DNA from: a virus
Reading direction: 5' to 3' (one strand)
Length of the DNA stretch: 24,234 nucleotides
Virus genome (UHGV): UHGV-0124819
Positions 15,722 to 24,234 of this stretch are shown piece by piece. The notes under the pieces were generated by a model. It did no database searches, was not told the origin of the DNA, and saw nothing but the letters and a program-made list of their open reading frames with translations. Numbering within the stretch: the stretch's first letter is position 1; every line of letters starts with the position of its first letter. Made by a program: the position numbers and the translations under genes.

Positions 15722-16780
15722 ATGAAGAAGAATACCCGCTTTGCTTTTAACGCTTACCTGCAGCAGCTGGCGCGTCTGAACGGTGTGGCAGTTGAAGAAC
15801 TGTCCAGCAAGTTCACCGTGGAGCCGTCTGTGCAGCAGACATTGGAAGACCAGATCCAGCAGTCCGCCGCTTTCCTGACGCTGATTAACGTCACGCCAGT
15901 GACTGAGCAGTCCGGTCAGCTGCTGGGGTTGGGAGTTGGCAGCACCATTGCCGGAACCACTGATACCACCGCGAAAGAGCGTGAACCTGTCGATCCGACG
16001 CTGATGGTCGATGTGGAATATAAATGCGAGCAGACCAACTTTGACACGGTGCTGACCTACGCGAAGCTGGACCTGTGGGCGAAGTTTCAGGATTTTCAGG
16101 TGCGTATCCGTGACGCCATCGTGAAACGTCAGGCACTGGACCGCATCATGATCGGCTTTAACGGCGTGAAGCGTGCGAAAACCTCCAACCGTAGCGAAAA
16201 CCCGCTGCTGCAGGATGTGAATAAAGGCTGGCTGCAGAAAATCCGTGAGGATGCACCGGATCACGTCATGGGCAGCACCACCACGGGCGGTGAAACCACA
16301 CCGGGCGCGGTGAAAGTCGGTAAAGGTGGCGAATATGCCAACCTGGACGCCGTGGTGATGGATGCCGTTAATGAGCTTATCGACGTGGTCTACCAGGACG
16401 ATGACGATCTGGTGGTGATTTGCGGTCGTGAACTGTTGTCTGATAAGTATTTCCCGCTGGTCAACAAAGAGCAGGAAAACAGTGAAAAACTGGCTGCCGA
16501 TATGATCATCAGCCAGAAACGCATGGGTGGCCTGCAGGCCGTGCGTGCGCCGTTCTTCCCGCCGAATGCGCTGCTGATCACCCGTCTGGATAACTTGTCC
16601 ATCTACTGGCAGGAAGACACCCGCCGCCGTTCAGTTATCGACAACCCGAAACGTGACCGGATTGAAAACTTTGAATCTGTTAACGAAGCCTATGTGGTTG
16701 AGGACTACCGCTGCGCTGCACTGGTGGAAAACATCCAGATTGGCGATTTCAGCGCCGCCGCAGCAGAAGCCGGAGCGTAA
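15722..16780 (+). CDS. N: Major capsid protein (P2 gpN family)
   Basis: 352 aa. N-terminal region TRFAFNAYLQQLARLNGV...KFTVEPSVQQTL resembles the P2 gpN N-terminus as I recall it. Confidence 0.95.
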   Translation: MKKNTRFAFNAYLQQLARLNGVAVEELSSKFTVEPSVQQTLEDQIQQSAAFLTLINVTPVTEQSGQLLGLGVGSTIAGTTDTTAKEREPVDPTLMVDVEYKCEQTNFDTVLTYAKLDLWAKFQDFQVRIRDAIVKRQALDRIMIGFNGVKRAKTSNRSENPLLQDVNKGWLQKIREDAPDHVMGSTTTGGETTPGAVKVGKGGEYANLDAVVMDAVNELIDVVYQDDDDLVVICGRELLSDKYFPLVNKEQENSEKLAADMIISQKRMGGLQAVRAPFFPPNALLITRLDNLSIYWQEDTRRRSVIDNPKRDRIENFESVNEAYVVEDYRCAALVENIQIGDFSAAAAEAGA

Positions 16781-16783
16781 CCC

Positions 16784-17434
16784 ATGAGCCTGAGTCCCGC
16801 ACGGCAGCATCGCCTGCGCGTTCAGGCTGAACAGGCCGCCCGTGAGGGCGGCAGCGTTCGCCACGCGTCGGGCTATGACCTGATGCTGCTGCAACTGGCG
16901 GAAGACCGCCGCCGTCTCAAGGGCGTTCAGTCCACGGTCAAAAAAGCGGAAATCAAAGTGGAGCTGCTGCCGAAGTACGCCGCCTGGGCGGAGGGTGTCC
17001 TGGCTGCCGGAGGCGCTCAACAGGATGACGTGCTGATGTACGTGATGCTGTGGCGCATTGATGCCGGAGATTATGCCGGGGCGCTGGAGATCGGGCGTCA
17101 TGCCCTGCGTCATGGCTGGGTGATGCCGCTGGGTAACCGCAACGTGCAGACCGTGCTGGCAGAGGAAATGGCAGACGCCGCACAGAGCGCAATGCTTGCC
17201 GCCACCGGCTTTGATGTCGATCTGTTGCTGCAGACGCTGGAGCTGACAGACGGTCTGGATATGCCGGACCAGTCACGGGCGCGTCTGCATAAAGCGATTG
17301 GCGCGGTCTTGAGTGAAAGCAATCCGGCTTCCGCCCTTAATCATCTCAACCATGCGTTACAGCTCGATCCCCGCTGTGGCGTGAAAAAAGACAAACAGCA
17401 GCTGGAGCGCAGACTGCGCAATGACAGACGCTGA
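16784..17434 (+). CDS. M: Terminase small (endonuclease) subunit (P2 gpM family)
   Basis: 216 aa. Segments DDVLMYVMLWRIDAGDYAGALEIGRHAL and TLELTDGLDMPDQSRARLHK match P2 gpM as I recall it. Confidence 0.85.
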   Translation: MSLSPARQHRLRVQAEQAAREGGSVRHASGYDLMLLQLAEDRRRLKGVQSTVKKAEIKVELLPKYAAWAEGVLAAGGAQQDDVLMYVMLWRIDAGDYAGALEIGRHALRHGWVMPLGNRNVQTVLAEEMADAAQSAMLAATGFDVDLLLQTLELTDGLDMPDQSRARLHKAIGAVLSESNPASALNHLNHALQLDPRCGVKKDKQQLERRLRNDRR

Positions 17435-17529
17435 CAGAACGTGCCCCCGCGCACGGGCGGCACGGGGTGGCGAAAGGCACAGCCACATCAAAACCCCGTC
17501 CACCGCCCTCTATTTCAGGAGAAAGCAGC

Positions 17530-17994
17530 ATGAAGTTTGTTGCGCCAGAACAGGCACCGGAACAGGCGGAAATCATCAGGAATACGCCGTTCTGGCCTGA
17601 TGTGGACCTGTCGGAGTTTCGCAGTGTCATGCGCACTGACGGCACGGTGACGCAGCCGCGTTTAAAGCAGGTTGCGCTGTCGGCAATTTCGGAGGTCAAC
17701 GCAGAGCTGTATGAGTTTCGCAGACGTCAGCAGATGCTGGGGTATGTGTCGCTGGCTGAGGTTCCGGCGGAACAGCTGGACGGCAAAAGTGAGCGCATTC
17801 AGCACTATTTCAACGCGGTTTACTGCTGGGCACGCGCCATGCTCAACGAACGATACCAGGACTATGACGCCACGGCATCCGGTGTGAAGCGAGGCGAGGA
17901 ACTGGCGGAAGCCAGCGGTGATTTGTGGCGTGACGCCCGCTGGGCCATCAGCCGGGTGCAGGATGCGCCGCACTGCACAGTGGAGCTTATCTGA
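17530..17994 (+). CDS. L: Head completion/stabilisation protein (P2 gpL family)
   Basis: Start at ATG 17530 (SD AGGAGAAAG). 154 aa. Position between M and X. Confidence 0.85.
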   Translation: MKFVAPEQAPEQAEIIRNTPFWPDVDLSEFRSVMRTDGTVTQPRLKQVALSAISEVNAELYEFRRRQQMLGYVSLAEVPAEQLDGKSERIQHYFNAVYCWARAMLNERYQDYDATASGVKRGEELAEASGDLWRDARWAISRVQDAPHCTVELI

Positions 17995-18197
17995 TGAAAG
18001 TGTGTGCGCATCAGTATGACACGGTGGACGCGCTTTGCTGGCGTCATTACGGGCGCACGCAGGGTGTCACGGAGCAGGTACTGAAGGCAAATCCGGGGCT
18101 TGCCGAATATGGCCCCTTTTTACCTCACGGGCTGCAGGTGGAGCTGCCGGACATTCCGACCACCACCACCGTGCAGACCGTCCAGCTATGGGACTGA
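17994..18197 (+). CDS. X: Tail protein X (P2 gpX family)
   Basis: 67 aa, the same length as P2 gpX. Position after L. Confidence 0.85.
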   Translation: MKVCAHQYDTVDALCWRHYGRTQGVTEQVLKANPGLAEYGPFLPHGLQVELPDIPTTTTVQTVQLWD

Positions 18198-18200
18198 ATT

Positions 18201-18416
18201 ATGACGCTTGAGCGAATCAGCGCCTTTATCACGTACTGCATCGCCGTTGTGCTGGCCTGGCTGGGCGATTTGTCCATCAAGGATGCCTCAACGCTGGGCG
18301 GCCTGATGATTGGTGTGCTGATGCTGGCTATCAACTGGTACTACAAACACAAAGCCTACCAGCTTCTGCGCGACGGGCAGATCTCGCGGGAGGACTATGA
18401 ATCCATCAATCGTTAA
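18201..18416 (+). CDS. Class II holin / pinholin-like protein
   Basis: 71 aa. Two TM segments (ISAFITYCIAVVLAWL and LGGLMIGVLMLAINWYY) and a charged C-terminus. Overlaps the start of the endolysin gene. Confidence 0.7.
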   Translation: MTLERISAFITYCIAVVLAWLGDLSIKDASTLGGLMIGVLMLAINWYYKHKAYQLLRDGQISREDYESINR

Positions 18417-18909
18417 ACGCTGCCTTGTCGGGGCCGTGCTGGCTATTGCTGCCACGCTGCCGGGTTTTCAGCAGCTTCACACCTCCGTGGAGGGGCTGAA
18501 ACTGATTGCCGATTACGAAGGCTGTCGTCTGCAGCCGTATCAGTGCAGCGCGGGTGTCTGGACCGACGGCATTGGTAATACATCGGGCGTCATTCCCGGC
18601 AAAACAATCACGGAACGACAGGCAGCAGAAGGGCTGCTCTCCAACGTGCTGCGTGTGGAGCGGGCACTGGAAAGGTGTGTGAAGCAACAGCCACCACAGA
18701 AGGTGTATGACGCTACGGTGTCGTTTGCCTTCAACGTGGGGACGGGCAATGCCTGTAGTTCCACGCTGGTGAAATTGCTCAATCAGCGGCGCTGGGCGGA
18801 TGCGTGCCGACAGTTGCCGCGCTGGGTTTATGTAAAAGGTGTGTTTAATCAGGGGCTGGATAACCGCCGTGCGCGGGAGATGGCCTGGTGTTTACAGGGA
18901 GCAAACTGA
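18397..18909 (+). CDS. SAR (signal-anchor-release) endolysin, GH24 lysozyme
   Basis: 170 aa. N-terminal hydrophobic SAR-like segment CLVGAVLAIAATLPG. Catalytic region EGLKLIADYEG...GVWTDGIGNT and FAFNVGTGN...STLVKLLNQ...CRQLPRWVY, similar to phage 21 R21-type lysozymes. Confidence 0.9.
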   Translation: MNPSIVKRCLVGAVLAIAATLPGFQQLHTSVEGLKLIADYEGCRLQPYQCSAGVWTDGIGNTSGVIPGKTITERQAAEGLLSNVLRVERALERCVKQQPPQKVYDATVSFAFNVGTGNACSSTLVKLLNQRRWADACRQLPRWVYVKGVFNQGLDNRRAREMAWCLQGAN

Positions 18910-18910
18910 A

Positions 18911-19288
18911 ATGAAAAAGAAATTAATCAGCGGACTATTTCTGATGTTATGGGTGGCGCTGTTAATCGCAGCAATGGTGTATCCGCAGGGGATTTTTCCG
19001 GTACTGGCAGCGTCCGGCGTTTGGGTAGCCTGTTTGCTGACATGGGCGGTAATTCCGGTAGCACTGGCTGCGTTAATTAAGAATGGCCCGCTCTGGCAGG
19101 AGTTAAGGGCATCTTTGCTGAAGACAATTACCCGAAAAGAAAACGTATTTATCACCTGGGTGATGCGATTGCTGATTGTTGTAAGTCTCGCCTGGACGGG
19201 GTGGGCTATTACCCTGGTCTTTTATCTGCTGACCGTTATTGCCTTCTGGATCACCCGTAATCAGATGGCGCAACAGGTAGCAGCATGA
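18911..19288 (+). CDS. lysA: LysA-like multi-pass membrane protein (lysis timing)
   Basis: 125 aa with about four hydrophobic helices. Position between endolysin and lysB. Confidence 0.7.
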   Translation: MKKKLISGLFLMLWVALLIAAMVYPQGIFPVLAASGVWVACLLTWAVIPVALAALIKNGPLWQELRASLLKTITRKENVFITWVMRLLIVVSLAWTGWAITLVFYLLTVIAFWITRNQMAQQVAA

Positions 19289-19713
19289 ACCGGTTGCTGC
19301 TGGTTGTGCTGGCGTTATTACTGGCGGCGCTGGGCTGGCAGACGTGGCGGCTGGCTAATGCCAGCCAGACCATCAGCACGCAGGCAGACGAACTGCAGAG
19401 CAAAAGCCAGGCGCTGGCAAAGAGCAACAGCCAGCTTATCAGCCTGTCCATTCTGACTGAAACCAATAACCGGGAGCAGGCGCGGCTCTATGCCGAAGCA
19501 GAACAGACCATTGCACTGCTGAGACAACGACAACGCCGGATTGAGGAACTGAAACGTGAGAACGAGGATTTACGCCGCTGGGCTGATACTCCTTTGCCTG
19601 CTGACATTATCCGGCTGCGGAAACGTCCGGCATTTACCGGAGGTGCAGCTTACCGTCAGTGGTTGTCCGCGGATGACGCCGTGTCGACTGGATCAGGCAG
19701 CGCCGCGCACTAA
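19285..19713 (+). CDS. lysB: LysB, Rz-like inner-membrane spanin
   Basis: 142 aa. N-terminal TM LLLVVLALLLAALGW, then a coiled-coil-like region. Confidence 0.75.
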   Translation: MNRLLLVVLALLLAALGWQTWRLANASQTISTQADELQSKSQALAKSNSQLISLSILTETNNREQARLYAEAEQTIALLRQRQRRIEELKRENEDLRRWADTPLPADIIRLRKRPAFTGGAAYRQWLSADDAVSTGSGSAAH

Positions 19714-19846
19714 CGGTGATCTGAACGCGTTGCTGGATGAAACGGAGGCCGCCTGGGCGGTCTGTGCAGACAAAGTGGACATGATTATTGCATGTCAGGA
19801 GCGAAACAGTGAACAAACCACAATCCCTGCGCCACGCCCTCAATAA
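19556..19846 (+). CDS. lysC: LysC, Rz1-like outer-membrane lipoprotein spanin; starts inside lysB in another frame
   Basis: GTG start with SD GAGGAA. Signal peptide with lipobox LSGC. Pro-rich mature region. Confidence 0.7.
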   Translation: MRTRIYAAGLILLCLLTLSGCGNVRHLPEVQLTVSGCPRMTPCRLDQAAPRTNGDLNALLDETEAAWAVCADKVDMIIACQERNSEQTTIPAPRPQ

Positions 19847-20240
19847 AGCAGTGCCTTATGTCCGTAATAACCCGGACAAACTGCATCTGTTTGTGGATAA
19901 CGGTTCGCTGGTTGCCACGGGGGCCAACTCCATGTCATGGGAGTACCGCTACACCCTGAACGTGGTGATTGAGGATTTCAGCGGCGACCAGAATCTGCTG
20001 ATGGCCCCGGTTTTGCTGTGGCTGCGGGATAACCAGCCCGATGCCATCAATAACCCGGCGTTACGGGAAAAGCTATTCACCTTTGAGGTGGATATTCTGC
20101 GCAACGATGTCTGTGATATCAGCCTTAACCTGCAACTGACGGAGCGTGTGCTGGTCAGCACTGACGGCAGTGTGTCGAACGTTGAAGCGGTAGCGGAACC
20201 CGATGAACCTGAAGAAATGTGGACGGTGAAACGTGGCTGA
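19809..20240 (+). CDS. R: Tail completion protein (P2 gpR family)
   Basis: GTG start at 19809, 7 nt after SD AGGAG. N-terminal region PQSLRHALNKAV...LHLFVDNGSL and internal EYRYTLNVV match P2 gpR as I recall it. Confidence 0.85.
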   Translation: MNKPQSLRHALNKAVPYVRNNPDKLHLFVDNGSLVATGANSMSWEYRYTLNVVIEDFSGDQNLLMAPVLLWLRDNQPDAINNPALREKLFTFEVDILRNDVCDISLNLQLTERVLVSTDGSVSNVEAVAEPDEPEEMWTVKRG

Positions 20241-20679
20241 ATTGCAGAAGGTGGACGACTGGCTGAGTGCCTTGCTGGCGAATCTGGAGCCAGCTGCAAG
20301 AAGCCGCATGATGCGTCAGCTGGCGCAGGAACTGCGCCGGACACAGCAGCAGAATATCAGGATGCAGCGCAACCCTGACGGCAGCAGCTATGAACCGCGA
20401 CGGGTAACAGCACGCAGTAAAAAAGGCCGCATCAAACGTCAGATGTTTGCGAAGCTGCGCACCACAAAATACCTGAAAACTGCCGCCAGCGCCGACTCTG
20501 CCAGCGTGCAGTTTGAAGGCAAGGTGCAGCGCATTGCCCGCGTTCATCACTACGGCCTGCGTGATCGCGTCAGCCGCAAAGGACCGGAGGTCCGTTACGC
20601 AGAGCGTCGCCTTCTGGGCGTAAATGATGATGTTGAGGCAATGACCCGCGACATGATTCTGCAATGGCTGGCGGGGTGA
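20233..20679 (+). CDS. S: Tail completion protein (P2 gpS family)
   Basis: 148 aa. GTG start overlapping the end of R. Position before V. Confidence 0.85.
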   Translation: MAELQKVDDWLSALLANLEPAARSRMMRQLAQELRRTQQQNIRMQRNPDGSSYEPRRVTARSKKGRIKRQMFAKLRTTKYLKTAASADSASVQFEGKVQRIARVHHYGLRDRVSRKGPEVRYAERRLLGVNDDVEAMTRDMILQWLAG

Positions 20680-20683
20680 TCTT

Positions 20684-20701
20684 TGTATCAGCTCTGATAC
20701 A
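20684..20701. promoter_or_regulatory. P2-type late-promoter activator binding element upstream of V
   Basis: Palindromic TGTATCAGCTCTGATACA (TGT-N12-ACA), centred about 56 nt upstream of the V start codon. Confidence 0.55.
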
Positions 20702-20747
20702 AGTTGCAGCACTGCCGCCTTTCTTCCCCTGATGGCAACCTTTCCCT

Positions 20748-21326
20748 ATGAACGCACAATTAACCGAAATCATGCGCCTTATCACCAACCTGATCCGCAC
20801 AGGTGTAGTCACCGAAGTGGACAGGGCAAACTGGCTGTGTCGGGTGAAAACGGGCGAGCTTGAAACCAACTGGATTAGCTGGCTGACGCTGCGTGCCGGG
20901 AGTGCCCGCACATGGTGGCGACCATCGGAAGGTGAGCAGGTGGTGCTGCTGAGTCTGGGCGGCAATCTGGAAACCGCCTTTGCGCTGCCCGCTGTCTATT
21001 CGAATCAGTTCGCACCACCGTCGACGTCGGCGGACGCCTGCGTGACAGAACATCCTGACGGTGGCTGGTTTGAATACGAACCCGCCACCGGGCGCTGGTA
21101 TGTCAGGGGCATCAAATCAATGGTCATTGAGGCCGCTGACAACATCACCCTGAGAACCAGTGAGTTTGTACTGGAGGCTGACCGCACGCGCATTAACAGC
21201 GAAGTGGTGATCAATGGTGGCGTTACCCAGGGCGGCGGAGCGATGAGTTCTAACGGGATCGTGGTTGATGCGCATCAGCATACTGGCGTCCTGAAAGGCG
21301 GCGACACAACCGGAGGCCCGGTATGA
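20748..21326 (+). CDS. V: Baseplate spike/assembly protein (P2 gpV family)
   Basis: 192 aa, first gene after the V late promoter. Confidence 0.9.
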   Translation: MNAQLTEIMRLITNLIRTGVVTEVDRANWLCRVKTGELETNWISWLTLRAGSARTWWRPSEGEQVVLLSLGGNLETAFALPAVYSNQFAPPSTSADACVTEHPDGGWFEYEPATGRWYVRGIKSMVIEAADNITLRTSEFVLEADRTRINSEVVINGGVTQGGGAMSSNGIVVDAHQHTGVLKGGDTTGGPV

Positions 21327-21682
21327 CGCTTTATAGCGGGATGAACAATACCAGCGGTAAAGCCATTACTGATATTGACCATCTGCGCCAGTCGGTGCGG
21401 GACATTCTGCTGACGCCGCAGGGTAGTCGCATTGCCCGTCGTGAATATGGTTCCCTGCTGTCGGCACTGATAGACCAGCCACAAAATCCGGCGTTACGCC
21501 TGCAGGTCATGTCGGCAGTGTATGTGGCGCTGAGTCGCTGGGAGCCACGGCTGACGCTGGATTCCATCACCATCAACAGCAACTTTGACGGTTCTATGGT
21601 GGTGGAGCTGACCGGGCGGCGGAATAACGGTGTGCCTGTTTCCCTTTCCGTATCAACAGGAGCAGAGAATGGCAGTGATTGA
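21323..21682 (+). CDS. W: Baseplate wedge protein (P2 gpW / gp25-like)
   Basis: 119 aa. ATGA overlap with the V stop. Confidence 0.9.
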   Translation: MTLYSGMNNTSGKAITDIDHLRQSVRDILLTPQGSRIARREYGSLLSALIDQPQNPALRLQVMSAVYVALSRWEPRLTLDSITINSNFDGSMVVELTGRRNNGVPVSLSVSTGAENGSD

Positions 21683-22577
21683 CCTTTCGCAGTTGCCTGC
21701 CCCGCAGATTGTGGATGTGCCGGACTTTGAGACGCTGCTTGCCGAACGCAAGGCAGAATTTGTGGCGCTTCATCCGAAAGATGAGCAGGAAGCAGTGATC
21801 CGCACGCTGGAACTGGAATCTGAACCCGTCACCAAATTGTTGCAGGAGAACGCTTACCGTGAGTTGCTTCTGCGCCAGCGCATTAACGAAGCCGCGCTGG
21901 CGGTGATGGTGGCTTACGCGATGGGCGGCGATCTTGACCAGCTCGCTGCCAACTACAACGTGAAACGCCTGACGGTGACGCCGGCTGATAATGACGCTGT
22001 GCCGCCCGTTGCAGCTGTGATGGAAAGCGATGAAGCGTTACGCCTGCGTGTGCCTGCAGCCTTTGAAGGGCTTTCTGTTGCGGGGCCAACAGCAGCTTAT
22101 GAATTTCATGCCCGAAGCGCCGACGGTCGGGTGGCGGATGCCAGTGCAACCAGTCCGGCACCTGCAGAGGTGGTGCTGACTGTCCTTAGCCGCGAAGGCG
22201 ACGGAACAGCAGAAAAAGACTTGCTGGATGTGGTGGAGAAAGCCCTGAACAGTGAGAACGTCCGCCCGGTGGCTGACCGTCTGACGGTTCGCAGTGCAGA
22301 AATCATCCCGTACCGCGTGGAAGCTACCATTTTTCTCTATCCGGGACCGGAAGCAGAGCCGGTAATGGCAGCGGCAAAAGCCAGCCTGCAGAGGTACATC
22401 GCCAGTCAGACTCGGCTTGGTCGGGATATTCGCCGTAGTGCCATTTTTGCCGCCCTGCATGTTGAGGGTGTGCAGCGTGTGGAACTGGCTTCGCCGCTGG
22501 CGGATGTGGTCCTGAACAAAATGCAGGCGGCATCATGTACGCAGTGGAGCGTGACCAACGGGGGAACGGATGAATAG
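21669..22577 (+). CDS. J: Baseplate assembly protein J (P2 gpJ family)
   Basis: ATG at 21669, overlapping the end of W. 302 aa, the same as P2 gpJ. Confidence 0.9.
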   Translation: MAVIDLSQLPAPQIVDVPDFETLLAERKAEFVALHPKDEQEAVIRTLELESEPVTKLLQENAYRELLLRQRINEAALAVMVAYAMGGDLDQLAANYNVKRLTVTPADNDAVPPVAAVMESDEALRLRVPAAFEGLSVAGPTAAYEFHARSADGRVADASATSPAPAEVVLTVLSREGDGTAEKDLLDVVEKALNSENVRPVADRLTVRSAEIIPYRVEATIFLYPGPEAEPVMAAAKASLQRYIASQTRLGRDIRRSAIFAALHVEGVQRVELASPLADVVLNKMQAASCTQWSVTNGGTDE

Positions 22578-23175
22578 TTTGCTGCCACCGGGTTCAACGC
22601 CACTGGAGCGCCGACTGGCGCAAACCTGCAGCGGGATTTCTGATCTGCAGGTGCCGCTGCGTGACTTGTGGAATCCGGCAACCTGTCCGGTCAGCTTCCT
22701 GCCTTATCTCGCCTGGGCGTTCTCTGTGGATCGCTGGGACGAAGGCTGGACAGAAAGCGTCAAACGCCAGGTAGTGAAGGATGCTTTTTATATTCATCAG
22801 CATAAAGGGACCACCAGTGCCGTGCGGCGGGTGGTGGAGCCGTTCGGCTTTCTGATCCGCATTATTGAGTGGTGGCAGACCGGAGAAACACCGGGCACGT
22901 TTCGCCTGGACATCGGCGTGCAGGACCAGGGCATCACTGAAGATACCTATCTGGAACTTGAGCGGCTGATAAGCGATGCCAAACCATGTAGCCGTCACAT
23001 GATCGGCATGTCCATCAATCTGCAGACCAGCGGTCCGCATTGGGTGGGGGCCGCCAGCTATCTTGGCGAAGAAATCACGATCTATCCGTATATCAACGAA
23101 ACAATTATTTCCGGCGGCACCGCACATGAAGGTGGGGCGGTCCATGTTATTGACACAATGAGAGTGAATCCATGA
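22570..23175 (+). CDS. I: Tail/baseplate protein I (P2 gpI family)
   Basis: 201 aa. Segment LWNPATCPVSFLPYLAWAFSVDRWDEGW matches the P2 gpI core as I recall it. Confidence 0.85.
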   Translation: MNSLLPPGSTPLERRLAQTCSGISDLQVPLRDLWNPATCPVSFLPYLAWAFSVDRWDEGWTESVKRQVVKDAFYIHQHKGTTSAVRRVVEPFGFLIRIIEWWQTGETPGTFRLDIGVQDQGITEDTYLELERLISDAKPCSRHMIGMSINLQTSGPHWVGAASYLGEEITIYPYINETIISGGTAHEGGAVHVIDTMRVNP

Positions 23176-24234
23176 GCACAAAATTTTATACCCTGCTGAC
23201 GGATATTGGCGCGGCGAAACTTGCCAGCGCCGCCGCGCTCGGTGTGCCTTTAAAAATTACCCATATGGCGGTCGGCGATGGCGGCGGAACATTGCCAACG
23301 CCGGACGCAAAGCAGACAGCATTAGTAAATGAGAAACGCCGGGCTGCGTTGAATATGCTCTATATCGACCCGCAGAACAGCAGCCAGATTATTGCTGAAC
23401 AGGTGATCCCTGAAAACGAGGGCGGTTGGTGGATACGTGAAGTGGGCCTGTTTGATGAGTCCGGGGCATTGATTGCCGTGGGCAACTGCCCGGAAAGCTA
23501 TAAGCCGCAACTGGCTGAAGGCAGCGGGCGCACCCAGACCGTGCGCATGGTGCTGATTACCAGCAGCACGGACAATATCACCCTGAAAATCGACCCTGCC
23601 GTCGTGCTGGCAACCCGCAAGTATGTGGATGACAAGGTACTGGAGCTGAAGGTGTTCGTGGATGATAAGATGGCAAAACATCTTGCCGCACCGGACCCGC
23701 ATTCACAGTATGCACAGAAAGAAAGTCCTACGTTTACCGGAACCCCCAAAGCGCCAACGCCAGCGGCGGGGAATAATACCACTCAGCTTGCGACCACCGC
23801 ATTTGTTCAGGCGGCACTGACGGCCCTGATTAATGGTGCGCCAGCCACGCTGGACACGCTGAAAGAAATAGCCGCAGCCATTAACAATGACCCGAAATTC
23901 AGTACCACCATTAACAATGCGCTGGCACTGAAAGCGCCGCTGTCGAGTCCGGCACTCACCGGAACGCCAACAGCCCCCACGGCGGCGCAGTCGGTCAACA
24001 ATACACAGATTGCCACTACGGCTTTTGTGAAATCGGCGATTGCGGCAATGGTGGGTTCTGCACCTGCGGCACTGGATACACTGAACGAACTGGCGGCGGC
24101 ACTGGGGAATGATCCGAACTTTGCCACGACAATGCTTAATGCGCTGGCAGGTAAACAACCGCTGGACAATACGCTGACTAATTTGAGTGGAAAGGATGTA
24201 GCTGGTCTTCTCACATACCTTGGTTTGGGAGAAG
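23172..24234 (+). CDS. H: Tail fibre protein H, N-terminal part (ORF continues past the end of the window)
   Basis: ATG at 23172 overlaps the I stop (ATGA). Open frame to the window end. N-terminus MSTKFYTLLTDIGAAKLA...MAVGDGGG and the later TGTPTAPTA...NTQIATTAFV...LDTLNELAAALGNDPNFATTM match P2 gpH as I recall it. Not listed in the ORF track because it has no stop in the window. Confidence 0.85.
   Translation, partial: MSTKFYTLLTDIGAAKLASAAALGVPLKITHMAVGDGGGTLPTPDAKQTALVNEKRRAALNMLYIDPQNSSQIIAEQVIPENEGGWWIREVGLFDESGALIAVGNCPESYKPQLAEGSGRTQTVRMVLITSSTDNITLKIDPAVVLATRKYVDDKVLELKVFVDDKMAKHLAAPDPHSQYAQKESPTFTGTPKAPTPAAGNNTTQLATTAFVQAALTALINGAPATLDTLKEIAAAINNDPKFSTTINNALALKAPLSSPALTGTPTAPTAAQSVNNTQIATTAFVKSAIAAMVGSAPAALDTLNELAAALGNDPNFATTMLNALAGKQPLDNTLTNLSGKDVAGLLTYLGLGE

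Larger units (their letters stand above)
1..24234. mobile_element. P2/186-like (Fels-2-type) temperate prophage; the window lies entirely inside it, from the att/int end to the tail fibre gene
   Basis: Conserved P2-type synteny seen directly in the ORF translations: int, cI, apl/cox, cII, dam, A, Q, P, O, N, M, L, X, lysis block, R, S, V, W, J, I, H. An ssrA-derived att core lies at the left edge and TGT-N12-ACA late-promoter elements precede O and V. Confidence 0.9.

Noticed and set aside
14638-17113. Minus-strand ORFs (14638-15012, 15175-15630, 15602-16264, 16631-17113) across the scaffold, capsid and small-terminase genes.
   Set aside because: Antisense to late genes in P2 order. Their composition (His/Arg/Gln/Leu-rich) is as expected for reverse-frame translation of high-GC coding sequence.
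22594-24214. Minus-strand ORFs 22594-23181, 23322-23702, 23703-24158 and 23807-24214, which fill the ORF track where no plus-strand ORF is listed.
   Set aside because: The plus strand here encodes tail proteins I and H. H is absent from the track only because it has no stop in the window. The minus-strand translations are Cys/Arg-rich artefacts.
1-24234. CRISPR arrays, insertion sequences or transposase genes.
   Set aside because: No regularly spaced direct repeats and no terminal inverted repeats flanking a transposase-like ORF were seen. All sizeable ORFs are accounted for by prophage genes or the cargo genes described.

Overview
The whole window is the integrase-proximal ~24 kb of a P2/186-like (Fels-2-type) temperate prophage from an enterobacterium. 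It opens inside the attachment site, which copies the 3' end of the tmRNA gene ssrA (1-38, minus strand). Gene order follows P2/186 synteny: an AT-rich membrane-protein cargo gene, then int and cI on the minus strand; a divergent early operon (apl/cox-like, cII, small ORFs, TraR zinc finger, Dam methyltransferase, replication protein A); a LexA-boxed small ORF plus DinI-like gene; a lipoprotein moron; a candidate cos site; a three-gene AT-rich cassette; then portal Q and terminase P (minus), and O-N-M-L-X, a pinholin/SAR-endolysin/LysA/LysB/LysC lysis block, R-S, V-W-J-I and the start of tail fibre H. The strongest candidate for an undescribed system is the cassette at 9974-11852, between cos and the portal gene: a protein with RsbW/SpoIIAB-type GHKL kinase motifs, a small STAS-like acidic protein, and a single-pass membrane coiled-coil protein, translationally coupled and ending in an intrinsic terminator. 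The int-coupled membrane protein (155-1138) and the lipoprotein (8957-9634) are two further candidate lysogen-expressed cargo genes. All calls rest on reading the translations and motifs by eye; no database search or computation was run.
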